The notes beneath the pieces are model-generated. The model did no database searches. It was given only the letters and a program-made list of their open reading frames with translations, and was not told the origin of the DNA. DNA of 64,000 nucleotides from Candidatus Bathyarchaeota archaeon. GTDB lineage: Archaea > Thermoproteota > Bathyarchaeia > Bathyarchaeales > Bathycorpusculaceae. The stretch spans positions 1,184,001-1,248,000 of the forward strand of contig OY970176.1 of NCBI GenBank assembly GCA_963707955.1. The letters are read 5' to 3'. Both the position numbers and the translations under genes were made by a program. Of this stretch, positions 10,238 through 18,650 are shown one piece after another. Position 1 is the first letter of the stretch; each line of letters begins with the position of its first letter.

Positions 10238-11023
10238 CTAGGATAGGTCAGGCTTGCTTAATGATTCCAGTTGCGCGGGTTCCCAGACAGCCAGTTCCTC
10301 AATAATCCTCCTCTCGAACCTTTCCTTTCCTTTCATCGCAATAATCTTCTCGACAATGCGCTTGTGCACTTCCTCTGGCACGTCATGGATCATGAAGGGA
10401 CTCCTCCGCTCAAACTTGTTGAACGCCTCTTCCAAGGTCATCGAGACCATCTCGTCCCTTATCGTTTCGAGCTTCAACGGTGGCACCCTGGTCCTTATCT
10501 CCTGTTCATTCTGCCACATTCGCCTTCTGTCTGTCCTTCTGACGGGATAGCCCGCCTCCTCCCTCAGGCATAGGTAGAGCGCACCGACACCCGTCCCATC
10601 TGATCCCCACTGATTCATCAATCCCGGCCTCTGTCTCAGCAAAGAGATGACGTTCCTTTTTGTAACCCTTCCCACATCCCGCATGACTTTGGGCCAATCC
10701 GCGATGATGTGCAGAACGTGAATCACGATTGCCGCGTCAAATGATTTATCCCCGAAGGGCATTTCATGCATGTCTGCTAGCACCAGGTTATCCACCCCTT
10801 TCTCTCTTGCCTTCAGCATCATATTGCGCGAGATATCCACACCGGTTATGTGGAATCCAAGTTCAGAGAGAGGTTTTGCGAACCTACCCGTTCCCACACC
10901 AACATCGAGAACTGTCTTGCATCCTTTCAGCGCGTCTGATATCGCACTGATCTCAGCATCAGTAGCGGGTTCTCTGGTCGAGTCGTATATGTCAGCTATG
11001 CTATCGAACTCTGTAACCACCAA
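10238..11023 (-). CDS. Class I SAM-dependent methyltransferase
   Basis: VLDVGVGTGRF, GVDIS, PFGDKSFD motifs. Confidence 0.88.
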   Translation of the reverse strand: MVVTEFDSIADIYDSTREPATDAEISAISDALKGCKTVLDVGVGTGRFAKPLSELGFHITGVDISRNMMLKAREKGVDNLVLADMHEMPFGDKSFDAAIVIHVLHIIADWPKVMRDVGRVTKRNVISLLRQRPGLMNQWGSDGTGVGALYLCLREEAGYPVRRTDRRRMWQNEQEIRTRVPPLKLETIRDEMVSMTLEEAFNKFERRSPFMIHDVPEEVHKRIVEKIIAMKGKERFERRIIEELAVWEPAQLESLSKPDLS

Positions 11024-11134
11024 ACCCGTTCACTGACGATCAGGATTCGGATTCTACGATAAAAGGATGTTTTCAAATAGCTGTTGATTTCATTCTCCGG
11101 ATCAGGATCAACGATGCCACTGCTGGATTAAGAT

Positions 11135-11266
11135 ATGAGGAAAAAAATGATGCGCTGCTTAATGGAACGAGAACGCACAATTCTGCAGCTCGCACGGCAA
11201 GGGCTAAGTGACTACAAGAGAGCCCGTAAGATTAGCACCGATCGTAGCGCGAGCTTATTTGATTAG
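11135..11266 (+). pseudogene. Truncated LuxR/sigma-region-4-like helix-turn-helix remnant
   Basis: Hand translation MRKKMMRCLMERERTILQLARQGLSDYKRARKISTDRSASLFD* resembles the LTxREREIL..G.S..EIA HTH start and ends in the tail of the convergent gene. Confidence 0.4.
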
Positions 11267-11875
11267 GTATTTCGAGAAGTATCTTGTCCAATCCACTTTA
11301 AACATTGCAACTGCCAGTACTATTCCAACGACCGTGCCGATCAATACTGATACTAAGTTGCTTCCTTCGCCAAACAGGTTTGCGATGATGCCTATTGAGA
11401 ATCTACCGCCATAAGCTACAAGCAGGCTGACGAGGAATTTTCCCACTAAAGCCGGGGGAAAGGCTTTGATTGGATTGTAATGGGCAGCGCCGAGTGGAAT
11501 GAAAACTAAGTTATCAGGCAAAGGTGTCAGGGCGAAAGCAAAAATTGCGAGGGCACCGAACTTGTTGAAGACTTGGGCCAAAAAATCCGCATTCTTCTTG
11601 AAGCTTCCTGTCATAGCTTTTCTACTGCTAAAACCCAGTAAGTACCCCGATGATTGTCCGATCGTCGCGCCGATTGTTGCGGCCGAGGCAATCAGTAGAG
11701 GCTCGAAAACCCAGCTGCCCCCAACCTTGAAGCCTGCTAGAGTAAAGACGACGATGGTGTCAGGAACAGGCACAATGATGGACAAGGCGCCGGCTAGACT
11801 TGCGATGAATATCCCAAAATACCCATACTGCAAGAAAAGATACCGCATCCAAGCGATGATATCTTGTAACTGCAA
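11255..11875 (-). CDS. DedA/VTT (SNARE-associated) membrane protein
   Basis: Hydrophobic helices, GYFGIF, GATIG...GYLLG, FALTPLPD motifs. Confidence 0.85.
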   Translation of the reverse strand: MQLQDIIAWMRYLFLQYGYFGIFIASLAGALSIIVPVPDTIVVFTLAGFKVGGSWVFEPLLIASAATIGATIGQSSGYLLGFSSRKAMTGSFKKNADFLAQVFNKFGALAIFAFALTPLPDNLVFIPLGAAHYNPIKAFPPALVGKFLVSLLVAYGGRFSIGIIANLFGEGSNLVSVLIGTVVGIVLAVAMFKVDWTRYFSKYLIK

Positions 11876-12187
11876 CGCCGTTCCTCTTTTGTCTAGGTCT
11901 TAACCCGAATTCAGTGCCTTGGGTTATTAACTGTTTTTCAAAATCACGCAAGAATCTATTCATAATGTGATGATACAGTTCGAATATCTGCAGGTTTGCT
12001 ACCGTAGGAAGCACGTGCAATGGCGTCAGGCGTACAACAAAAAACCAAGTGTAAAAGTTTCCCCGGCAATCGTGCTAGAACCAACTAGCTAGAAGAGTTT
12101 GTGACTTGGAACTGCCCAGTTTTCGTTTGCGTTTTCTAAAGATTCTGACTTCTCGATGTCTATCGAACCTAGAAGCTTATGCTTTGT

Positions 12188-12418
12188 CTATGCCTGCATA
12201 ATCATTCTTATAGTTTTTATTTCATGCTTGGAGATCGGCATTTCAATGGTTTTGTCTTGGATGGATATCTTTCGGGTCCCATTTTCCATAAGGAAAGTTT
12301 CCTCAGCACTTTTGGAGGTTTCGGATAAACTAATCACTGCCTTTGTATCTTCGCCCGACGTCTCGTAGAACCGCATGATGATGTCGTCTGAGTCGCGCGG
12401 CTCGGCGGCAATAATACT
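12188..12418 (-). pseudogene. Fragment resembling the C-terminal beta-sandwich of GH38 alpha-mannosidase
   Basis: 'DDIIMRFYETSG...SAEETFLME...HEIKTIR' matches the GH38 C-terminal pattern (lilRlYE..G...aeetnLlE...fEIkTlr); no catalytic domain nearby. Confidence 0.55.
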
Positions 12419-12562
12419 TTGCAGACCGAAGTGAAAAACCGATACGAAATCAGCGAGGCGGATACGAAAAACCTTAGAAAGGCTTCGAGTATAGTGTAGA
12501 CAACGCTTGTCAAGCATTCGCTGAATTGCGCTTGCTGGAGCGAAAACAGAGGTGGAGTCAGC

Positions 12563-12994
12563 ATGGATGAAATCTTGGAGACATTGAGAAAAACGGCTTC
12601 GAGAACGCAAAAACTGTTCGACGACAACAAAGATGCGTCCTTAAAAAGGATAGAAAGTTACGATGCAACACTCAAGTCTGAGAAAGCGTCTGAAACACAA
12701 AAAGCTCAGGCTTCGCTCATGAAAACGCTGGAGTACGACCGGTTGGAAAGGTGGTCCTCTCAGCTGAGTCTTCTGTATATTCTTCAGATGTTCGCTTTCA
12801 AAGTCAAGATTCTGCAAATATCAATCGCCAAGATCGGAGAGCAGCTTCAGAAATCGGAGCTTATTGAAAAGACCAATGAAATTGAGGATGCCAAGAACGA
12901 TGTTGAAAAGCTGAAGATACTTTTGGAAGCTCAGTACGAGTTGATCAGACAGATTGGGGAAGGGCGCAAAGAGGATCTTTTCTACATTTCCTAA
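12563..12994 (+). CDS. Hypothetical coiled-coil protein
   Basis: 143-aa ORF, SD GAGGTGGAG upstream, K/E/L-rich helical composition. Confidence 0.65.
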   Translation: MDEILETLRKTASRTQKLFDDNKDASLKRIESYDATLKSEKASETQKAQASLMKTLEYDRLERWSSQLSLLYILQMFAFKVKILQISIAKIGEQLQKSELIEKTNEIEDAKNDVEKLKILLEAQYELIRQIGEGRKEDLFYIS

Positions 12995-13045
12995 CCGAGC
13001 AGCGCACTCGGGCTTTTAAATTTATAAGGTCTCAGCCGATTCTCT

Positions 13046-13669
13046 ATGAAGCAGAAGGAAGACGTTTTGCCCTTGGAACTGAAGTTTGAAGCTCCGTCTT
13101 GGAATCAAATATATGACATGCTCCTAGACTTGGCCGACAGAATAAGAAAGGACGGCTTCAAGCCAGACATAATTGTGGGTGTTTCAAGGGGAGGGTGGCC
13201 GCCTGCGCGGGTTCTGTCTGACTTGCTGAGCAACCCGAACCTCGCCAACGTTAGAGCCGAGTTTTATGTTGGTGTTGCGGAGACAAAATGTGAACCTGCA
13301 CTGACCCAGCCGATATCAGTGGCCGTTGCTGGGAAGAGAGTGTTGATTGTAGACGAGGTTGCGGACACTGGGAAAACTCTGAAGCTCGTGAAGGAACACA
13401 TCATCGAGCAAGGCGCTGTAGAAGCCAGAACAGCCACGGCGTATTGCAAACCGCGGAATATTGTCAAACCCGACTACTACTCGAAGGAAACAGGTGACTG
13501 GATAATCTTTCCGTGGGAAGTGAAGGAAACGATTCGCAAAATCACCATTGAATGCAGAGAAAACGGGAAACCTGTAGAAGAAGAAGCTGAAAAGCTTAGA
13601 AAAGCTGGGATACCAGACCCACTGGTCAAAAGGTTCCTGAAGGAAATCCTTGAGGAAGAAACGTGCTGA
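13046..13669 (+). CDS. Type I (purine) phosphoribosyltransferase
   Basis: VSRGG, VLIVDEVADTGKT PRPP-binding motif, WIIFPWE. Confidence 0.9.
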   Translation: MKQKEDVLPLELKFEAPSWNQIYDMLLDLADRIRKDGFKPDIIVGVSRGGWPPARVLSDLLSNPNLANVRAEFYVGVAETKCEPALTQPISVAVAGKRVLIVDEVADTGKTLKLVKEHIIEQGAVEARTATAYCKPRNIVKPDYYSKETGDWIIFPWEVKETIRKITIECRENGKPVEEEAEKLRKAGIPDPLVKRFLKEILEEETC

Positions 13670-14229
13670 AGCACATCGAAGAGTTCAAAATTTACGTAGA
13701 GATAAGCGGTTTCAAAAACGTGAAAATCAGTCAAGCCAAAGAATTCTTGGACAAGGTCAGCAAGGAAAAACCAGCTGGCGTTGAGGTTCAATTCTTTGAT
13801 GCGAGACGCGTTGCCACGTGGCAGCACCTGTTCTTTGCCGCGTTGAATGCACTTACAGCGTTCAAAAACAAGGAGAACATTTCGAAGACTCTGGCCATGG
13901 AGAGTTTGCTGTACGCTGCAGCTGAACGGCAGATAACAAGGGCAGTGGAGCTTGTTGGAATCGCAGCGACCTCGTCGGACGTGGCCGTGTTGATAATTGG
14001 AAAAGAACCTCGTAAAATGGAGTCGGCCCTCTTAATGGTTTCGAAGAACATCGGCGGTCAACGTGATGAAAAAGTTCTTGAATTGTCGAAGGATAAAGTG
14101 GTAACGATTCGAAGGGTCTTCGATATTTTGGAGGCAGAGCTCAGAACAGTCATGGAAAAGAATGATGTGGATAAAGCCATGACCGACCTTGTCGTTGAGA
14201 GGATGGCCTTGTTGGCCACTCAGCGTTAG
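13663..14229 (+). CDS. cgi121: KEOPS complex subunit Cgi121
   Basis: VQFFDA, HL..A, LLYAAAERQI..A....G, ERMAL motifs. Confidence 0.85.
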   Translation: MLKHIEEFKIYVEISGFKNVKISQAKEFLDKVSKEKPAGVEVQFFDARRVATWQHLFFAALNALTAFKNKENISKTLAMESLLYAAAERQITRAVELVGIAATSSDVAVLIIGKEPRKMESALLMVSKNIGGQRDEKVLELSKDKVVTIRRVFDILEAELRTVMEKNDVDKAMTDLVVERMALLATQR

Positions 14230-14230
14230 G

Positions 14231-14767
14231 CTAGAGCACTTTCTCCTTCAGGACAGATAGGATCTCATCCGGTTTTGCTATTGACACGCCTGTCAGCCCA
14301 CCCACAACTTCGACCAGCAGGATCTTGTCAGGCTTTGTCAAGTTCACTTTTCTTTTGATAACCGCGGCAGCCGCCTCAATTATGTCTCTCGAATGTGTTT
14401 CTGTGATACGCTTCTCAACCCTAACTCTGAAAGTCTCGCCCTCAGCTACTTTCGAACCAAGTTCTTTGGCGGCGGATTGAATCTGCTCCAAACTGGTGTG
14501 CACAACCTTTTCTATGGGAATCACTCTCAGCATGTAGCGAAACTCGTAGGGACGCTCTTGCAGAATTTCGCGGAATTTTCTTATCGCGTCATATGGGTCA
14601 AGGGTTGTTCGGGCGACGATCAACCCTGAAACCCCTGTTCTGTCAACAGCCGCGGTTTTGTCACCTATCTGTTCAAGCAGGTAGCGCAACTCAGAACGAG
14701 CGTGGCCCTCGTCTCTGCGGTAGGTGGTCGCCAGAAGGTTGAATTCTTTGAGCACTGTTTGCACCAC
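14231..14767 (-). CDS. THUMP-domain RNA-binding protein (Tan1-like)
   Basis: RVIPIE, TFRVRVEKR, KVNLTKPD..LLVEV motifs. Confidence 0.85.
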   Translation of the reverse strand: MVQTVLKEFNLLATTYRRDEGHARSELRYLLEQIGDKTAAVDRTGVSGLIVARTTLDPYDAIRKFREILQERPYEFRYMLRVIPIEKVVHTSLEQIQSAAKELGSKVAEGETFRVRVEKRITETHSRDIIEAAAAVIKRKVNLTKPDKILLVEVVGGLTGVSIAKPDEILSVLKEKVL

Positions 14768-14981
14768 TGCCTCAGTTTGTTTCGCAGAAATTTAACCGTT
14801 TCAAGTTGATGTGTGGTCAGTTCGGTAAATGGCTTTTTCATCGCCAGAGGCTCCTAGCCGTCGCCTCACATCATCCCAACAGTAATGTTCAACATCAGCG
14901 ATTTAATCATTTTGACGGGTTGCAGCATCAGGCTTAAATCTGATCGATCAGGTCACTATTCAAGCCTAAGGGGGAAGAAAG

Positions 14982-15953
14982 ATGAAAAGAGTGCCGAAAC
15001 CAATAATGGTTGTTCACGGCGGCGCAGGGCACTGGCAGCCCGAGCGCAGCCAGCCTGGCATTGTCGGAGTTAAGAAGGCTGCTATTGCTGGCTATGATGT
15101 CTTGAAGAACGGCGGAGAAGCAGTTGACAGTGTGATGGAAGCTGTTGCCGCTATGGAAGACCATGGAATATTCAACGCGGGCTGCGGCTCAAGCCTTAAC
15201 ATTGACAAGCAGGTCGAGATGGAAGCATCGATCATGGATGGGAAAACACTCCGGGCTGGGGCAGCCGGACTCTTGCGAGACATCAAGAACCCAGTGCGTT
15301 TAGCGAGAATAGTCATGGAAGACACTGACCACGTGTTCGTAGTGGGTGAAGGAGCGGAGAAGCTTGCTAACCTGCACAACCTTCCCAGAAGAAACCCTGT
15401 GACTGAGCTCAGGTTGAGGTATTACGAAGAGCAGAAGAAAGCCCTGCTCGAAGGGAGGTTTGAGCTTCCAAGACTTGCCGAATTGGTCAAGAAGCATCCG
15501 GAACTGTTTTGCCTCGAAACTGTGGGGGCAGTTGCCTTGGACAAAGAAGGGAACGTGGCAGCAGCAACCTCCACGGGAGGTTTTCCGCTGAAGCTGCCTG
15601 GAAGGATCGGCGATTCTCCGATAATCGGATGCGGCACTTACGCGGACAATCAAGCAGGCGCCTGTTCAGCCACAGGTGTCGGTGAAATAGCGATGCGGCT
15701 TGTTCTGGCGAAGACTGTTTGCAACCACATGGAGAGTGGAAAGTCTGGGCAGGAAGCCGTTGAGCTCGCGATAAAATTGGTGAACAAGAGACTACCAGCG
15801 GGGTACAATGCCATGGGGCTGGCTGCTATCGACATGCAGGGAAGATTTGGAGCGGCGCACAACTCACCGAACATGTGCTGGGCTTATTTAACGCCGGAAG
15901 TCAAAGAGCCTGTAGCCTCTTTGACGGGGAGAATCGTGAAAGAAACTCCGTGA
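14982..15953 (+). CDS. Isoaspartyl peptidase/L-asparaginase (Ntn hydrolase)
   Basis: VHGGAG, FNAGCGS, TVGAVALD nucleophile, TSTGG, PGRIGDSP. Confidence 0.93.
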   Translation: MKRVPKPIMVVHGGAGHWQPERSQPGIVGVKKAAIAGYDVLKNGGEAVDSVMEAVAAMEDHGIFNAGCGSSLNIDKQVEMEASIMDGKTLRAGAAGLLRDIKNPVRLARIVMEDTDHVFVVGEGAEKLANLHNLPRRNPVTELRLRYYEEQKKALLEGRFELPRLAELVKKHPELFCLETVGAVALDKEGNVAAATSTGGFPLKLPGRIGDSPIIGCGTYADNQAGACSATGVGEIAMRLVLAKTVCNHMESGKSGQEAVELAIKLVNKRLPAGYNAMGLAAIDMQGRFGAAHNSPNMCWAYLTPEVKEPVASLTGRIVKETP

Positions 15954-16070
15954 AAAAGCTGAGCGAAACATGTCCTCAGGCTTGGTTCTCGACAACTGAC
16001 GAATGATAATCCTTAAAGATTTCTAAGCTGCTCTCACTCTACCCATCTAAATGTTGTGGAGGTGAAAAAA

Positions 16071-16148
16071 GTGGTGTTTGAAGAAGACTGGGAAGAAGAG
16101 GAAGACTGGGAAGAGGAAGACGAGGACTTGGAAGAAGAAGAGTGGTAA
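16071..16148 (+). CDS. 25-aa hyperacidic Trp-repeat micropeptide (MVFEEDWEEEEDWEEEDEDLEEEEW)
   Basis: SD GGAGGTGA 16058-16065, GTG at 16071, TAA 16146-16148, followed by a hairpin and T-tract; not in the ORF track. Confidence 0.65.
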   Translation: MVFEEDWEEEEDWEEEDEDLEEEEW

Positions 16149-16165
16149 GGATGAGTAAGCAATAG

Positions 16166-16187
16166 GCACTCTTGTGCTTTTTCTTTC
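16166..16187 (+). terminator. Putative terminator after the micropeptide gene
   Basis: GCAC-TCTT-GTGC stem-loop followed by TTTTTCTTTC. Confidence 0.45.
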
Positions 16188-16233
16188 ACTTTGAAGAGCG
16201 GAACAATTTCCTTTGCTGTTTTTAAGGTTCACA

Positions 16234-16241
16234 TTTATAAA
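16234..16241 (+). promoter_or_regulatory. TATA box for ABCE1
   Basis: TTTATAAA about 35 nt upstream of ATG 16276. Confidence 0.55.
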
Positions 16242-16275
16242 CCACTAGCGGCGAGCCTTCACTAGCGGGTCGAAC

Positions 16276-18063
16276 ATGACAAGGGTTGCAGTGTTAGACG
16301 CGGACAAGTGTAAGCCGAAACGCTGCAACAGACTGTGTTACCGTTTTTGTCCGATTGTTCGAAGTAAGATAGAGGCTATACGGTTTGAGGGCGAGAAAGC
16401 CGTGATCGTGGAGTCTCTGTGCACTGGATGCGGAATATGCGTCAGGAAGTGCCCGTTCAACGCCATTTCCATAGTCAACTTGCCAGACGAGCTGGAGAAA
16501 GACTGCAGCCACCGCTTCGGAGAGAACAGTTTCAAGCTTTACAGGCTTCCAACCCCGTCTCCAGGAACGGTCTTAGGGCTGCTGGGGCAGAACGGGATTG
16601 GCAAGACGACTACGCTGAGAATACTTTCAGGAGAAGTGAAGCTGAACCTTGGAAACTACGCAGAACCGTCTTCGTGGAACGACATTATCCAGCACTTCAG
16701 AGGTTCGACGCTTCAGGACTATTTTCTAAGAATGAGTGAGAACAAACTGAGGGTTTCGCACAAACCGCAGTACGTTGACAAGATTCCGAAGGCTGTTTCT
16801 GGAAAAGTCGGCGAACTGCTTGAAAAAGTGGATGAAAGAGGCATAATGGACACTGTGGCAGAGCAGTTGGAACTTAAGCCGCTGTGGGACCGCCCCCTCG
16901 AGGTCCTAAGCGGCGGCGAACTGCAACGCTTGGCAGTCACGGCTGCGATGTGCCGAGAGGCAGACGTCTACCTCTTCGATGAACCTTCAAGCTACTTGGA
17001 CGTGAGTCAGAGACTTCAGGTTGCCAAGGCCATAAGAAGCCTAACGTCAGCTCAGAAGACGGTTATAGTGGCAGAACACGACCTGGCAATAATCGACTAC
17101 TTGTCGGATCAAATCTGCATTTTCTACGGAGAACCGGGCGTCTACGGCATAGTGTCTAACGTTCACGGTGTCAGGACTGGCATCAACATCTATCTTGAGG
17201 GTTACATTCCGGACGAGAACGTTCGCTTCAGAAAAGAAGCAATAATCTTCCACGAGAAACCCCCAACGCAGAGCGCAGGTGCAGGTGAAACGTTGCTCGC
17301 ATGGGATCAAATAGAGAAGACTTACAAGGGTTTCAAGCTGGTAGTCCATCGTGGCGAGATCAAGAGGGGCGAAATAGTCGGAATACTTGGTGCCAACGGC
17401 ATCGGTAAGACGACTTTTGTGAAGATTCTGGCTGGAATCGAGGAAGCGGATGATGGGAGAAGGTTTGACCAATTGAAAGTCAGCTACAAGCCGCAGTACA
17501 TTTCGGCAGAGTACGAGGGCACAGTTCAGGAACTCCTGAGGAACGTTGCCAAAGAAAATTTTTCTTCAGGCTGGTACAGAACTGAGATACTTCAGCCTCT
17601 GAAGGTGAGCCCGCTTATGGACAGGAACGTGGCCGAACTCAGCGGAGGAGAACTGCAGGAAGTTGCAATCGCATCGTGCTTGTCCCGCGTCGCTGAGCTT
17701 TACTTGCTGGACGAGCCGAGCGCGTACTTGGACGTTGAGGAACGTTTGAACATGGCGAGAGCCATTCGAAGGGTTGTCGAGAACCGCAACGTAACTGGCC
17801 TCGTAGTCGAGCACGACGTGCTCACACAGGACTTCATTGCGGACCACTTGATGGTTTTCACGGGAAAACCTGGGACTGAGGGCACTGCCAACCCGCCTAC
17901 GAGTCTGAGGAGGGGGATGAACATGTTCCTGAAAGAGATGGAAGTGACCTTCAGAAGAGACCCAGCCACGAAGAGGCCTAGGGTTAACAAGGAGGGGTCG
18001 AAGCTTGACAAGTTTCAAAAAGAGATCGGAGAATACTACTACGTTCGCACTCACAGGAAATAG
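16276..18063 (+). CDS. Ribosome recycling ATPase ABCE1/Rli1
   Basis: N-terminal two-[4Fe-4S] Cys pattern, two ABC domains (GQNGIGKTT, GANGIGKTT, LSGGELQ), C-terminal RPRVNK. Confidence 0.97.
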   Translation: MTRVAVLDADKCKPKRCNRLCYRFCPIVRSKIEAIRFEGEKAVIVESLCTGCGICVRKCPFNAISIVNLPDELEKDCSHRFGENSFKLYRLPTPSPGTVLGLLGQNGIGKTTTLRILSGEVKLNLGNYAEPSSWNDIIQHFRGSTLQDYFLRMSENKLRVSHKPQYVDKIPKAVSGKVGELLEKVDERGIMDTVAEQLELKPLWDRPLEVLSGGELQRLAVTAAMCREADVYLFDEPSSYLDVSQRLQVAKAIRSLTSAQKTVIVAEHDLAIIDYLSDQICIFYGEPGVYGIVSNVHGVRTGINIYLEGYIPDENVRFRKEAIIFHEKPPTQSAGAGETLLAWDQIEKTYKGFKLVVHRGEIKRGEIVGILGANGIGKTTFVKILAGIEEADDGRRFDQLKVSYKPQYISAEYEGTVQELLRNVAKENFSSGWYRTEILQPLKVSPLMDRNVAELSGGELQEVAIASCLSRVAELYLLDEPSAYLDVEERLNMARAIRRVVENRNVTGLVVEHDVLTQDFIADHLMVFTGKPGTEGTANPPTSLRRGMNMFLKEMEVTFRRDPATKRPRVNKEGSKLDKFQKEIGEYYYVRTHRK

Positions 18064-18079
18064 GGCCTAGGAAGCAACC

Positions 18080-18499
18080 ATGTCTAGAATCGGAGAAACA
18101 GAAACGAAGTTGTTGGAAGCCGCCTCAGAGGCTACAAAGAATGCACACGTCCTATGGGGCTTCAAAGTCGGAGCTGCTGTGCTTGCAGAAGACGGAAAAG
18201 TTTACGTTGGCTGCAACGTTGAAAGCTGGGTTTCTGGGCTCGGCACCGCAGAGAGATGCGCGATAGACCATGCGGTCTTGCATGGAAACAGCAGAATCAT
18301 GGAAATAGCCATCGTGACCAACAAAGAAAAGCCAGAGAAGCCAACACCCTGCGGCGCCTGCCTGCAATACATCCACGATTTCGCCGAAAATTCTGAAATA
18401 AAGATCCTCATGGCACAGACCGAAAGAGGCAAGATTGCGCCTGAAACGGTTGAGATAAAGACTCTTAGGGAGCTTTTCCCTTTTCCCTACGAAAAATGA
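18080..18499 (+). CDS. cdd: Cytidine deaminase-like protein (first Zn-ligand Cys absent)
   Basis: FKVGAA, GCNVE, AER, PCGACLQ motifs; reads GT-AER where CAER is expected. Confidence 0.8.
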   Translation: MSRIGETETKLLEAASEATKNAHVLWGFKVGAAVLAEDGKVYVGCNVESWVSGLGTAERCAIDHAVLHGNSRIMEIAIVTNKEKPEKPTPCGACLQYIHDFAENSEIKILMAQTERGKIAPETVEIKTLRELFPFPYEK

Positions 18500-18650
18500 C
18501 AAGTTTGTTGTAGTTAAGTTAAAGAACGAGCAGAGTATATCGTAGAGATAATCTGATTTGGAGAAGGCCGGAAAACTCAGTGGCTGGGAGGCTCAAAGAG
18601 ATAAACGTTCAGAAGTGTCTGCGCCAGAGAGACCTAAAGGGGGGATGGAT

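Noticed and set aside
5990-12118. 10-bp direct repeat GAACTGCCCA (5990-5999, 12109-12118) bracketing the hut block as possible att or target-site duplication
   Set aside because: 10-mer matches are expected by chance at this scale; no integrase or transposase.
16047-16232. 61-aa minus-strand Phe-rich ORF
   Set aside because: Reverse complement of the acidic micro-ORF, which has the better expression signals.
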